From: Gemmatimonadota bacterium
GTDB lineage: Bacteria; Gemmatimonadota; Gemmatimonadetes; Longimicrobiales; Gaopeijiaceae
Direction of reading: 5' to 3'
DNA: 64,000 nucleotides
NCBI GenBank assembly: GCA_007130605.1
Contig: SLSF01000032.1
Span: forward strand, 3,482 to 67,481
Positions 1 through 9,647 of this stretch are shown piece by piece. Below the pieces are notes generated by a model, which had not been told where the DNA came from, ran no database searches, and was given only the letters and a program-made list of their open reading frames with translations. Position 1 is the first letter of the stretch. Every line of letters starts with the position of its first letter. The position numbers and the translations under genes are program-made.

Positions 1-166
1 ATGCCAGGGGTGCGGCAAAGTTGGTGGCGGCCTCGGTCATGACCACATCGACCTCGGCACCGAGACGGGTGAGGTCGCGGGCGAGCTGGACCGTCTTGTA
101 CGCGGCGATCCCCCCGGTCACCCCCAGGAGGATACGACGCCCCTCCCAGGGAGGTCGGGGGCCCAT
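1..166 (-). CDS. coaBC: Phosphopantothenoylcysteine decarboxylase/synthetase (Dfp/CoaBC), N-terminal fragment truncated by the window edge
   Basis: Reverse-strand translation from the ATG at 166-164 gives [55 protein letters not shown]. This carries the flavoprotein [10 protein letters not shown] N-terminus. It lies downstream of gmk-rpoZ, a common arrangement. It is absent from the ORF track because it is truncated. Confidence 0.7.
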   Translation of the reverse strand, partial: MGPRPPWEGRRILLGVTGGIAAYKTVQLARDLTRLGAEVDVVMTEAATNFAAPLA

Positions 167-209
167 CGGTCTCCGGGAAGGAATCCCGGGCGCGCGCCCC
201 TCCACCCCC

Positions 210-425
210 CTACTCGACGCGGCGGCGGCGGCCGACGAGCCGGAATTCGATCTGACCGGAGGTGAGAGCCTCGAGGGCCCGGGTGGTGAGCTTCTTCTCG
301 TTCGCCAGGGGCTTGAGGTCGCGAGGGAGGGCATTCAGCTCCCGCGTGTACTTCGAGGCGACGAGCACACCCAGATACTTGCTCTGGGTGGAAGCGGCAA
401 CTTCCTTCGGCGTGAAAACGCGCAT
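210..425 (-). CDS. rpoZ: DNA-directed RNA polymerase subunit omega
   Basis: The 71-aa product contains [17 protein letters not shown] and [17 protein letters not shown], which resemble the RpoZ core (xRYxLVxxAxxRARQL ... KPVxIALxEIxxGKI). It sits directly downstream of gmk. Confidence 0.7.
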   Translation of the reverse strand: MRVFTPKEVAASTQSKYLGVLVASKYTRELNALPRDLKPLANEKKLTTRALEALTSGQIEFRLVGRRRRVE

Positions 426-526
426 CCTGGAATGTCTCCTTGGCGATCGAACCGGCGCACCGGACGGAGGCCCGCCCGACTGCTACATATGAACTCGATA
501 CTAAGCTAACGAATTCCGGGCCCCTG

Positions 527-1195
527 TCACGCCCGGACGTCGGGCGCCTCCCGCACGACGGCGTCGATCTCGCTCCGGAGCCGACCCACCTCGGCGTCGA
601 GGTCGAGGGCCCGGGAGGGCCGGTGGCTCTCGGACTCCACGATGGCCCGAACCCTCGAGATCGCCCGATCCAGGTCGTCATTCACCACGATGTAGTCGAA
701 GTGCTCGGCCTCCTCCAGCTCGCGCCGGGCGGCCTCGAGTCGGTGGCGCACCTCGTCGAGGGCCTCGGTGCCCCGGGCGGTGAGCCGTCGCCAGAGGGCC
801 TCGGCGGAGGGGGGAAAGACGAAGATCAGGACCGCGTCGGGGACCCGCTCCTTGATCTGGCGTGCCCCCTGAACATCGATGTCCAGGACCACGTGCTCCC
901 CCCGGTCTCTGGCTTCCTCCAGGTTCCGATACGGGGTCCCGTAGAGATTCCCATGGACCTCGGCCCACTCCATCAACTCGTCTTCGTCGATCATCCGCTC
1001 GAAGGCTTCCCGAGAGAGGAAGTCGTAGTCGATCCCGTTCCTCTCCTGGCTCCTCGGGGGCCGGGTGGTGGCCGAGACCGAGAAGACGAAGCGTGCGAAG
1101 CGCTCCACCAGGGCGTGGGCGATGGTGGTCTTTCCGGTTCCCGAGGGCGCCGCCAGCACCAGGGGACATGGACGGGAGGGGATGCCGGTCATCAT
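527..1195 (-). CDS. gmk: Guanylate kinase
   Basis: Has a P-loop (APSGTGKTT), then SVSATTRPPRxxExxGxDYxF and EWAEVHGNLYGT. It overlaps the yicC stop by 4 nt. Confidence 0.95.
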   Translation of the reverse strand: MMTGIPSRPCPLVLAAPSGTGKTTIAHALVERFARFVFSVSATTRPPRSQERNGIDYDFLSREAFERMIDEDELMEWAEVHGNLYGTPYRNLEEARDRGEHVVLDIDVQGARQIKERVPDAVLIFVFPPSAEALWRRLTARGTEALDEVRHRLEAARRELEEAEHFDYIVVNDDLDRAISRVRAIVESESHRPSRALDLDAEVGRLRSEIDAVVREAPDVRA

Positions 1196-2100
1196 TCCAC
1201 ATTCTCCAACTGTTCGCGGAGGCGCTCGATCTCCTCCTTGAGGGTCACCACCTCTCGGGCAATCTCGGCGTCATTGGCCTTGGACCCCAGGGTGTTCGCT
1301 TCGCGGAGGATCTCCTGGGAGATGAATCCGAATCGCTTCCCCACCCCGTCGTCACTCCCCTTCCGGAGCGTATCGCGGAAGAGGGTGAGATGTGACCGGA
1401 AACGAACGATCTCCTCGTGAATATCCCACCGCTCGGCCAGGTGCGCGATCTCGCGGGCGATCCGATCCTCGTCCACCGGGGCATCACCCTCTAGGAGCTG
1501 GGCGATGGCTTCCCGGAGCCGGTCCCGCTCCCGCACCAGGCGGATGGGCGCCTGTGCCTCGATCCGGTGGAGGACCGACTCCATCCGGTCCAGACCCCGG
1601 GTGAGGTCCTCCGCCATCCGGAGCCCCTCCGCCTCGCGCATTTCCAGCGCCCGCTCCGCCGCCTGGGCCACCACCGCCTCGGCGTCGTCGGGATCTACCT
1701 CGGGGAGCTCCCGGTCCACTTCGGTCACCTTGAAGAGATCGCGGAAGCCGGTGAAGGTCTCCAGCTCGATCCGGGCCTCCATGCCGAGGGATTCGGCGAG
1801 AGCCACGAGCCCGTCGTGGTAGCCCTTCGCCCGCTCCAGGTCCACTTCCACGGTGGTCCCCCCCACCTCGTCGGGAGAACGCTCCACCGAGAGGGCCAGG
1901 GAGAGGTGGCCACGCCGGAAGTACTTCCGGAGGACCGCCTCCATGCGGGGATGGTGGCGGTCGAAGCCGTTGGGGCTCCGGATCTGGAAGTTCAGGTACC
2001 GGTGGTTCACCGTCCGGAGTTCGGCCCGGAGGCGACCGGCGGCGGTGTCCAGTTCGGCATCGCCGAAGCCGGTCATGCTGCGCACGGGGGTCGTCGTCAT
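1192..2100 (-). CDS. YicC-family stress-induced protein
   Basis: Has SMTGFG at the N-terminus, LRTVNHRYLNFQIRSP, and a C-terminal EILREANTLGSKAND motif, all typical of YicC/DUF1732. I prefer the start at 2100 (MTTTPVRSMTGFG) because a GGGAGAGG ribosome-binding site precedes it and the upstream gene stops at 2117. Confidence 0.85.
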   Translation of the reverse strand: MTTTPVRSMTGFGDAELDTAAGRLRAELRTVNHRYLNFQIRSPNGFDRHHPRMEAVLRKYFRRGHLSLALSVERSPDEVGGTTVEVDLERAKGYHDGLVALAESLGMEARIELETFTGFRDLFKVTEVDRELPEVDPDDAEAVVAQAAERALEMREAEGLRMAEDLTRGLDRMESVLHRIEAQAPIRLVRERDRLREAIAQLLEGDAPVDEDRIAREIAHLAERWDIHEEIVRFRSHLTLFRDTLRKGSDDGVGKRFGFISQEILREANTLGSKANDAEIAREVVTLKEEIERLREQLENVE

Positions 2101-2116
2101 GGCCTCTCCCATCCCC

Positions 2117-4174
2117 TCAGTTCCACATGGTCCAGCGGATGCCGTAGACCGCACGGGTCTGGGGCATTCGCCGTTCGGGAAATTCCCGGATGTCGTCGCG
2201 TAGGGTGAAGTTCTCCCAGTGGACGAAGACCCGGACCGTGAGCACCCGGAACTGGAGGCGTCCGAACCAGCTCAGCGCCGAGGGGGCCAGGTCGAAGTCC
2301 CCCTCGGAGCCGGCGACGGGCGAGACCATGGCATCCCGACCCCGGGCTCCCACATCGAACCAGACCTCCAGGTTCGAGTCGTAGCCCAGGTGGTGCCAGT
2401 TGAGCGCTCCCATCCAGGTGCGGTCGGGCATGTACCGCCACGCCGGGGCGGTCTCCCACACCTGCAGGTGCCCCGAGACCTGGAGCCCGTCCAGGACCGG
2501 ACGGAGGGGCACGCGGCCCGAGATCTCCATCCCGCTCCGGCTCCCCCCCTCGAAGGTGACGCCGTCACGGTCGAAAGGGAGCCCCATTGGACGGAGACTG
2601 TCGGCCTCCACTCGGAGGGCCGCCGCCGTCAGGTCGACCCCTCGCCACTCGGCCCGCACCCCGGCGCGCACCCCACTTCGCTCCCCGAAACGGAGGAGTT
2701 CGTCGGGGAGGACCTCGTCGTCGTCCTCGTGATCGGGGAAGCCGGTGGACATCCCGCCTCCGAAGCCGTCGCCATTCCCATTGCCGTTCTCCTCGCCATT
2801 CTCCTCCTCCACATGCTCGGGGGGGATGAAGAAGGGCACGCCCCGTTCCGCCTCCTGGTAGTCGGCGAAGAAGGAGAGCCCGAAACGAGGCTCGGTCCAG
2901 GCACGGGCGGCGAGCGATCGACCGGCCTCCCCATCCTCCCACCGCTCCCGTTCGATGCCCACCGATCCTCCGCCCAGGCCCTCGAGTGTCCCTCCCACCT
3001 CGAGGCCAAGCACCGAGGTGGGCCATCCGTCTCCCGACTGGATCCGGGCCTCGCCCCGGGCCCAGAGGGCATCCCACTCTCCGGAGAGCCGTGCTCCGAG
3101 ATGGCTGCGGGCTCCCGCCGGCAGGAGGGTGTCGGCCCCCGCCTCGGCGCCACTCCCGGGTTGCACCGTGGTCCGGTTTCCGAACCCTTCCACGGTCAGG
3201 GTTTCAGAGATCTCCCATCCACCCCGGAAGCCCAGGTCGCGCCGGTTGACCTCCAGGGGCGTGAGGAAGCCCTCCGGACGCTGCGAGGTACGCCCCCGGT
3301 ACGAGAGCGCGAGACCCCGATCCGGTCCCCGGAAGAGGGAGTACCGGATGTGGGTGCCATAGATGGCACTGGGCTCGTTCCGCCCCGGACCATCGGTGTC
3401 GGCGCGGTCGAGGGCGAAGAGGAGGGTGCCCCCGAAGGCATCGGGGTGGGCGAAGGTGGCACGGAAGATATTGGTGCGAAGATCCCCCGTCGCCACATCC
3501 AGATAGGTGTAGGGCCGGGGATCGGCGATCCGGAGGGAACGGAGATGGATGCGAACCTCGCCTGGCCGGCGTTCCACCCGCACCGACTCGAGTCCGGCGA
3601 GCGCCACCTGTCCCAGGTCGAGGACTCCTCCCTCCATGGGGGGATCCTCCACCCCGTCCCGGAAGACCCGGATCTCGCCCGGCCCCAGGCCGAAGGTGGT
3701 CGCAACCACCGGATTTCCAATGTCTCCTCCCCGAAGGAGGACCATTCCCGGAACATGGGAGATGAGGTCATGGACCGTGAGGGCGTGGGTGGCCAGGAGG
3801 GCCTCACGGTCGAATTCCCAGACTCCCGCCTCGGGTCGGGCCGGGACCCCGCCTCGGGCGTCTGGGACATTCCGGGGGAGAACCTGCCGGAACTCCTCGA
3901 ACTCGTCTGCCAGGAGGGTGTCGCTCTCGGGAGCGAGTCCCTCCAGCACCGAGTCCGGGGGCGTGCCGATGGGGGGAATCACCACCGGACGGATGGTATC
4001 CCGGATGATGGTGTCGGGCATGAGGCCCCCCCGGTGCGATGGCTCTTCGATCCCCCACCCCGCAGGAGAGGGGTGGGCGTCGGCGTGCCCCCGGCCCACC
4101 GCCACCAGGAGCACCAGGGCCCCGAGGAGGACCAGGGGGAGCCTCCGATCCGGATGGGCCATCAATCCCCTCAT
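2117..4174 (-). CDS. Outer-membrane beta-barrel protein with a TonB-receptor plug-like N-terminal domain
   Basis: Has a signal peptide (MRGLMAHPDRRLPLVLLGALVLLVAVG) and a plug-like segment (HVPGMVLLRGGDIGNP...IRVFRDGVEDPP...LESVRVERRPG). The long beta-rich C-terminus ends in YGIRWTMWN (aromatic terminus). It contains an acidic/Gly-Asn insert, EEENGEENGNGNGDGFGGG. The start at 4174 overlaps the pepA stop (ATGA). Confidence 0.55.
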   Translation of the reverse strand: MRGLMAHPDRRLPLVLLGALVLLVAVGRGHADAHPSPAGWGIEEPSHRGGLMPDTIIRDTIRPVVIPPIGTPPDSVLEGLAPESDTLLADEFEEFRQVLPRNVPDARGGVPARPEAGVWEFDREALLATHALTVHDLISHVPGMVLLRGGDIGNPVVATTFGLGPGEIRVFRDGVEDPPMEGGVLDLGQVALAGLESVRVERRPGEVRIHLRSLRIADPRPYTYLDVATGDLRTNIFRATFAHPDAFGGTLLFALDRADTDGPGRNEPSAIYGTHIRYSLFRGPDRGLALSYRGRTSQRPEGFLTPLEVNRRDLGFRGGWEISETLTVEGFGNRTTVQPGSGAEAGADTLLPAGARSHLGARLSGEWDALWARGEARIQSGDGWPTSVLGLEVGGTLEGLGGGSVGIERERWEDGEAGRSLAARAWTEPRFGLSFFADYQEAERGVPFFIPPEHVEEENGEENGNGNGDGFGGGMSTGFPDHEDDDEVLPDELLRFGERSGVRAGVRAEWRGVDLTAAALRVEADSLRPMGLPFDRDGVTFEGGSRSGMEISGRVPLRPVLDGLQVSGHLQVWETAPAWRYMPDRTWMGALNWHHLGYDSNLEVWFDVGARGRDAMVSPVAGSEGDFDLAPSALSWFGRLQFRVLTVRVFVHWENFTLRDDIREFPERRMPQTRAVYGIRWTMWN

Positions 4175-5721
4175 CCGTGTGCCGAGTGGATCCACTCGAG
4201 AAGGAGGCGGGTGGGAAAGCCGAAGCCTCCCGTCCGCTGGTACGGGGCCCGCACTTCGCCGTACGCCGTTCCCGCGATGTCCAGGTGCGCCCAAGGCGTC
4301 TCCCCCACGAACTCCGAGAGGAAGAGGCCCGCGGTGATGGCACCTGCCGGACGGCCTCCCACATTCTTCAGGTCGGCCACCGGGCTGTCGAGCTGCTTCC
4401 GGTAGGCTTTCCAGAGGGGAAGGGGCCAGCAGCGCTCACCGGACCGGTCCCCCGCCTCGCGAAGCGCCTCCACCAGGTCGTCGTCGGAGCCGAGGACCGC
4501 GGCGGCATGGTGCCCGAGGGCCACCACGCACGCCCCCGTCAGGGTGGCACAGTCCACCATGGCCCGGGGTCCGTACTCGTCCACCGTGTAGGAGAGGGCA
4601 TCGGCCAGGATGAGACGACCCTCGGCGTCGGTGTTGATGACCTCCACCGTCTTGCCGGCCCGGGTCCGGATCACGTCGCCGGGCTTCGTCGCCCGGCCAT
4701 TGATCATGTTCTCGGAGGAGGGGACGACCCCCACCACATTCACCGGGGGGCGGATCATCCCGATGGCCTTCATGGCGCCCAGGACCGCCGCGCCCCCCGA
4801 CATGTCGAACTTCATGGACTCCATGCCCGACGGGGGCTTGAGCGAGATCCCCCCGGTGTCGAAAGTGAGCCCCTTCCCCACCAGTGCCAGGGGGGCCTCG
4901 TCCTCCCCTCCCCCGCGGTACTCCAGGATGATGAGACGGGGCTCCTCGTCGGAGCCCGCCGCCACCGAGAGGAGGGCGCCCATCCCCTCCTCCTCCATCT
5001 CGGCGGGGCCGAGGATCCGGACGTCGAGTCCCACCTCGGCGGCCAGCTCCCGGGCGATTCCGGCCAGGTGGGTCGGGGTCGCCACATTGCCCGGGCGGAA
5101 CTGGAGGACGCGGGCGAGGTTCTCGCCGGCACCATGGGCCTCTCCGATCCGAATCGCCTCCTCGACGATCTCTTCGGCAGGTGGGGAGCCGCCCTCGCCG
5201 GGATCCACCGAAAGGAGGCCCCGGGTCACCAGGGGCTTCGGTCCGTCGTCGGGATCGGGGTCCTTCAGCTCCCGGAAGTCGAAGGCGGCCAGGTGGAGCG
5301 CCTCGGCCCCGGCCTGCACTGCGGCCGCCGCGCCCCCCTCCTCGTGGGAGAGGGCGGGTACCACCAGGTGGACCGATGTGACGGAGAGCGCCTCGGCCCG
5401 GCGCACCACCCGTCCCGCGAGCTTCCGGACCGTCTCCCGGTCGAAGGATTCCGCCTTCCCCATCCCCACGAAGAGGACCCGACGAGGTCCGTCACCCGTG
5501 GTGTAGAAGAGGGCTTCCTCCTCCTCCTTCCCCCGGAAGTCTCCTGCCTCGAGAACCCGGGAGAAGGCTCCATCGACCCGGTCATCGAGACTCCGGGCCA
5601 CGGGAGAGAGGGTGTCGTCGTCCTGAAAGACCCCCACCGCCACCAGGGGCGCAGGTTCCTTCGCCGGCGTCCTGGAGGCCGGTCGAAGCTTCAGAAGCTT
5701 CTCAGTGCGGGTGCTCGTCAT
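4171..5721 (-). CDS. pepA: Leucyl aminopeptidase (M17)
   Basis: Contains VGKGLTFDTGGISLKP and the NTDAEGRLILADAL signature. Confidence 0.95.
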   Translation of the reverse strand: MTSTRTEKLLKLRPASRTPAKEPAPLVAVGVFQDDDTLSPVARSLDDRVDGAFSRVLEAGDFRGKEEEEALFYTTGDGPRRVLFVGMGKAESFDRETVRKLAGRVVRRAEALSVTSVHLVVPALSHEEGGAAAAVQAGAEALHLAAFDFRELKDPDPDDGPKPLVTRGLLSVDPGEGGSPPAEEIVEEAIRIGEAHGAGENLARVLQFRPGNVATPTHLAGIARELAAEVGLDVRILGPAEMEEEGMGALLSVAAGSDEEPRLIILEYRGGGEDEAPLALVGKGLTFDTGGISLKPPSGMESMKFDMSGGAAVLGAMKAIGMIRPPVNVVGVVPSSENMINGRATKPGDVIRTRAGKTVEVINTDAEGRLILADALSYTVDEYGPRAMVDCATLTGACVVALGHHAAAVLGSDDDLVEALREAGDRSGERCWPLPLWKAYRKQLDSPVADLKNVGGRPAGAITAGLFLSEFVGETPWAHLDIAGTAYGEVRAPYQRTGGFGFPTRLLLEWIHSAHG

Positions 5722-6016
5722 TCATCCTCCCCGTCGATCGATGCCCCCCGACGCCGGATGCGTCGGCAGGCGGCCTTCACCGTCGGAGCGAAAGCCTTCG
5801 AAATTAGAGGATTCCTTCGGTGGCGGGCAAGGTCGGGCGGGCCTTCCAACCCCATTACGTTGCCGTTGAAGAAGTACAGCGACCACCGGAACGGGGTCTT
5901 GCGTGCCCTGGAACGGGCCCGGGCACACCGCCGTCGGGTCGGGGTAGCGGCGGAGTGGGCCCCGTCGGTGCGCGACGGGAGCCCGCCACCATTGGAAGTG
6001 CGGAGGGACCGAAACG

Positions 6017-6769
6017 ATGAAGGGACCGGGGAGGGCGGACTGGACGGGAAGTCTCGAGGGCTGCGTCACCGTGGTGAGTGGGGGGTCGGGCGGCCTGGGG
6101 CGGGGCGTCGTCAAGCTCCTCCTGGAGGCGGGGGCCGAACTCCATCTCCCCATCTTCGATCCCGACGAGATCCCGGGACTGGAGGGGTATCTGGGCGATG
6201 CCTTCCATGGCCTGCAGCTCCATGAAGGGATCGACCTCACCGCGGCGGCGGAGGTCGACCGCCTCGTGGAACGGGTGACGGAGACGGGCAGTGGTGCACC
6301 GGAAGCGGTGGTGAATCTGGCCGGCGGATTCAGCATGTCGCCCGTCGAGGAGACGGACCCCCGGGTGTGGGAGCGCCTCTGGGCGATGAATGCCACCACC
6401 GCCTTCCTGCTGTCGCGGGCGGCCTTTCCGGCCATGAAGAGGGCCGGTCGCGGGCGGATCGTGAACATTTCTGCCCTCCCGGCCCTCGATGGCGGACAGT
6501 CCGGCCTCTCGGCGTACGGTGCCGCCAAGGCGGCGGTGCTCAATCTCACCCGCACCCTGTCGAAGGAGGGGGTCGAGGCGGGGATCACGGTGAACGCCGT
6601 GCTTCCCTCCATCATCGACACCCCCGGCAATCGGGAAGCCATGCCCGAGGCCGATACCTCCCGCTGGCTCGCCCCCGTGGAGATCGCCCGGGTGATCCGC
6701 TTCCTCCTCTCCGACGAGGGAGCCATCGTGAATGGCGCCGCCATCCCGCTCACCCTCGGATCTCCGTGA
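6017..6769 (+). CDS. Short-chain dehydrogenase/reductase (SDR) family oxidoreductase
   Basis: Has a VSGGSGGLGRGV Rossmann motif, the catalytic YGAAKAAV, and PSIIDTP. Confidence 0.85.
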   Translation: MKGPGRADWTGSLEGCVTVVSGGSGGLGRGVVKLLLEAGAELHLPIFDPDEIPGLEGYLGDAFHGLQLHEGIDLTAAAEVDRLVERVTETGSGAPEAVVNLAGGFSMSPVEETDPRVWERLWAMNATTAFLLSRAAFPAMKRAGRGRIVNISALPALDGGQSGLSAYGAAKAAVLNLTRTLSKEGVEAGITVNAVLPSIIDTPGNREAMPEADTSRWLAPVEIARVIRFLLSDEGAIVNGAAIPLTLGSP

Positions 6770-6849
6770 TCCCTCCATCTTCCCCGCCGGCGGAAGGCTC
6801 CCGGGAGAATCCCCTCGGGGGGCTTCCGGAACCGGGGGTGGCGGCTTAG

Positions 6850-6868
6850 GTTGAGACTCGTTCTCAAC
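6850..6868. promoter_or_regulatory. Candidate operator palindrome upstream of the iron ABC transporter
   Basis: GTTGAGA-ctcgt-TCTCAAC has 7-bp perfect arms and lies 36 nt upstream of the fbpA-like ATG. An AGGAG ribosome-binding site is at 6886-6890. The cognate regulator is unknown and the site is not a classical Fur box. Confidence 0.25.
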
Positions 6869-6903
6869 AAGCCCGCAGCATCGAAAGGAGTCGTTCCCGC
6901 ACG

Positions 6904-7977
6904 ATGTCTTTCCCCAACCCTCCTTCCCACCGACGGATCCGGAGCTCCGGGAGCCGGATCCCTGCGCTCCTCGCCGTGCTCGTCATCCTCCCCTTCCTCC
7001 TGGTGGCGTGCGGCGACGGAGACGGAGAGGTGGTGAATGTCTACAGCCACCGCCACTACGACACCGACGAGGCCCTCTTCGACCGCTTCACCGAGGAGAC
7101 CGGGATCCGGGTCCGGGTGGTGAGCGCGTCGGCGGACGAGCTCATGGCCCGGCTGGAGCGCGAGAGGGAGGCCTCTCCGGCCGATCTCCTCATCACGGTG
7201 GACGCGGGCAGGCTCCACCGTGCGGTGGAGCGGGGTCTCCTTCGTCCCATCGACTCACCCGTCCTGGCCGAGACGATCCCGGCCCATCTGAGGGACCCGG
7301 ACAACCACTGGTTCGGCCTCACCGTCCGGGCACGGATCCTCGCCTACGCCCGGGACCGGGTCGACCCCTCGGAGCTCTCCACCTACGAGGCGCTGGTGGA
7401 GCCGGAGTGGGAGGGCCGGATCCTCGTGCGGAGCTCGGAGAACATCTACAACATCTCGCACATGGCCTCCATCATCGCGGCCCTCGGTCTCGACGAGGCC
7501 GAGGAGTGGGCCCGTGGGCTGGTGGCGAATTTCGCCCGGTCCCCCCAGGGGAATGACACCGACCAGATCCGTGATGTGGCGGCGGGTGTCGGCGATGTGG
7601 CCCTGGTCAACTCCTACTATGTCGGGCGACTCCTCAACCACGAGGATCCGGACGCCCGGGCCCTGGGTGAAGCCATCGGGCTCTTCTTCCCCAACCAGGA
7701 CGACCGGGGCGTCCATGTCAATGTGAGTGGCGCCGGGGTCACTACCCACGCCCCCAATGCCGAGAACGCCGTGCGTCTCCTGGAGTTCCTGGTGGCAGAG
7801 GAGGCCCAGCGGGCCTTTGCCGAGGGGAACTTCGAGTACCCGGTGCGGGAGGGGGTCGACTGGTCGCCCACCCTTCAGTCGTGGGGAGACTTCGAGGCGG
7901 ACCGCCTCCCACTTTCCACCCTCGGTGAACTGAACAACGAGGCCGTCCAGATCTTCGACCGGGCCGGATGGCGCTGA
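6904..7977 (+). CDS. Fe(3+) ABC transporter substrate-binding protein (FbpA/AfuA-like lipoprotein)
   Basis: Has a lipobox (LLVACG), then VNVYSHRHYDTDEALFDRF...ADLLITVDAGRL and VALVNSYYVGRL, typical of ferric-iron binding proteins. Confidence 0.85.
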   Translation: MSFPNPPSHRRIRSSGSRIPALLAVLVILPFLLVACGDGDGEVVNVYSHRHYDTDEALFDRFTEETGIRVRVVSASADELMARLEREREASPADLLITVDAGRLHRAVERGLLRPIDSPVLAETIPAHLRDPDNHWFGLTVRARILAYARDRVDPSELSTYEALVEPEWEGRILVRSSENIYNISHMASIIAALGLDEAEEWARGLVANFARSPQGNDTDQIRDVAAGVGDVALVNSYYVGRLLNHEDPDARALGEAIGLFFPNQDDRGVHVNVSGAGVTTHAPNAENAVRLLEFLVAEEAQRAFAEGNFEYPVREGVDWSPTLQSWGDFEADRLPLSTLGELNNEAVQIFDRAGWR

Positions 7978-9647
7978 CCCCCCGCTGGAGCCAGCTTCTG
8001 GATCAACTCCGACCCCGCTGGCGGGTCACCCTCACCCCCTGGACGGTGGCGACGCTCATCGTCGTCGCCCTCGTCCTCCTTCCCATCGCCTCCATCCTCC
8101 TGGGGGTCCTGGCGGGAGGAAGCGAGACGTGGGACCACCTGGCCTCCACCGTTCTGGGGCTCTATGTCCGGAACTCGGTGATCCTCGTCTTCTGGGTCGG
8201 TGGCCTCACCCTCCTGGCGGGGGTGTCGACGGCGTGGCTGGTGAGCACCTGTCGCTTTCCAGGTCGATCGATCTTCGAATGGGCCCTGATCCTCCCCCTG
8301 GCGATTCCCACCTACATCATCGCCTTCACCTACGCCGAGATGCTCGGGCACACCGGGCCGGTACAGCAGCTTCTCCAACTGGTACTGGAGCCGAGCCAGA
8401 CCGCCCGCCTCCGCACCGGTCTCATGTCGGTGGGGGGCGCGGGGGTCATGATGGCCCTGGTGCTCTACCCCTACGTCTACCTCATCACCCGGACCTCCTT
8501 CCAGAAACAGTCCGGTGGGATCCTCGAGAGCTCCCGAATCCTGGGGAAGTCCCCCTGGCAGACCTTCTCCACCATCGCCCTCCCCATGGCCCGCCCTGCC
8601 CTGGTGGCGGGAGTCACCCTCGTCCTCATGGAGGTCCTGAACGAGTATGGCGCCGTCAGCTACTTCGGGGTCGCAACCTTCACCACCGGGATCTTCCGGG
8701 CGTGGTTCTCCCTCGGCGACGGGCCGGCGGCGATCCGCCTCTCGGCGTGCCTCCTGGTCCTGGTCTTCCTCCTCATCGTGGTGGAACGGGCCCAGCGGGG
8801 GCGGGCGCGCTTCGACAGCGGCTCCCGGACCTTCCGCCCGGTGGTCCCCTACGAGCTCGGCGGATGGAAGGCGGCAGGCGCCTTCCTGGTCTGCCTGATC
8901 CCCGTGGCTCTGGGCTTCGTCTTTCCGGTCCTCCAGCTCCTGGCCTGGGCCCTCCAGGTCTGGCCCGAGGCGATGGACCCCCGCTTTCTCACTCTGGCCC
9001 TGAACTCCTTCGGACTCGCCACCGCCTCGGCCTTCATCGCCGTGGCCGTGGCCGTGCTCATCGCCTTCTCGGTCCGCCTCACCCCGACCCCTCTCCTCAC
9101 CCTCTCCTCGAGGGCGGCGTCGCTGGGGTACAGCATTCCGGGCGCCGTCATCGCCGTGGGGGTGATGGTCCCCTTCCTCTGGGTCGATCGACAAATTGCA
9201 TCGACCGCGCGCGACCTCTTCGGGACCCCGCTGGGGCTGATCCTCACCGGGACGGTGGCGGCCCTGGTCTTCGCCTACGTGGTCCGCTTCCTCGCGGTGG
9301 CGCTGAACCCGGTGGACTCGGGGTTCACCCGGGTCTGTGGCAACCTGGACGAGACCTCCCGCTCCCTGGGCGCACCACCCATGAAGACCCTCCTCCGGGT
9401 CGACCTCCCCCTCCTCCGGGGCACCCTGGTCTCGGCGGGCCTTCTCGTCTTCGTCGATGTCCTGAAGGAACTCCCCCTGACCCTGATCCTCCGCCCCTTC
9501 GACTTCGACACCCTGGCGACCCGGGCATACCAGCTCGCCGCCGACGAGCAGCTTGCCCGCTCCGCTCTCCCGGCACTCCTCATCGTAGCGGTGGGGGTGA
9601 TTCCGGTCATCATGCTGAGCCGGATCATCGCACGACAGCGGGTGTAG
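7968..9647 (+). CDS. Iron ABC transporter permease (FbpB-like, duplicated 6-TM module)
   Basis: The 559-aa product is a polytopic protein with two BPD-transporter halves (EYGAVSYFG..., KELPLTLILRPF). It overlaps the binding-protein gene by 10 nt. Confidence 0.85.
   Translation: MALTPRWSQLLDQLRPRWRVTLTPWTVATLIVVALVLLPIASILLGVLAGGSETWDHLASTVLGLYVRNSVILVFWVGGLTLLAGVSTAWLVSTCRFPGRSIFEWALILPLAIPTYIIAFTYAEMLGHTGPVQQLLQLVLEPSQTARLRTGLMSVGGAGVMMALVLYPYVYLITRTSFQKQSGGILESSRILGKSPWQTFSTIALPMARPALVAGVTLVLMEVLNEYGAVSYFGVATFTTGIFRAWFSLGDGPAAIRLSACLLVLVFLLIVVERAQRGRARFDSGSRTFRPVVPYELGGWKAAGAFLVCLIPVALGFVFPVLQLLAWALQVWPEAMDPRFLTLALNSFGLATASAFIAVAVAVLIAFSVRLTPTPLLTLSSRAASLGYSIPGAVIAVGVMVPFLWVDRQIASTARDLFGTPLGLILTGTVAALVFAYVVRFLAVALNPVDSGFTRVCGNLDETSRSLGAPPMKTLLRVDLPLLRGTLVSAGLLVFVDVLKELPLTLILRPFDFDTLATRAYQLAADEQLARSALPALLIVAVGVIPVIMLSRIIARQRV

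Noticed and set aside
2219-6225. Very long plus-strand ORFs (2219-4405 and 4039-6225, 728 aa each) opposite the OMP and pepA genes
   Set aside because: They are antisense shadows of recognisable genes. Their products are R/G/P/H-rich with no motifs. Long stop-free antisense frames are expected at this GC content.
6850-6868. Assignment of the fbpA-upstream palindrome to Fur or Irr
   Set aside because: It does not resemble the GATAATGATAATCATTATC Fur box. The partial resemblance to the alphaproteobacterial ICE/Irr motif is likely coincidental given the inferred taxonomy. I keep it only as an unassigned candidate operator.
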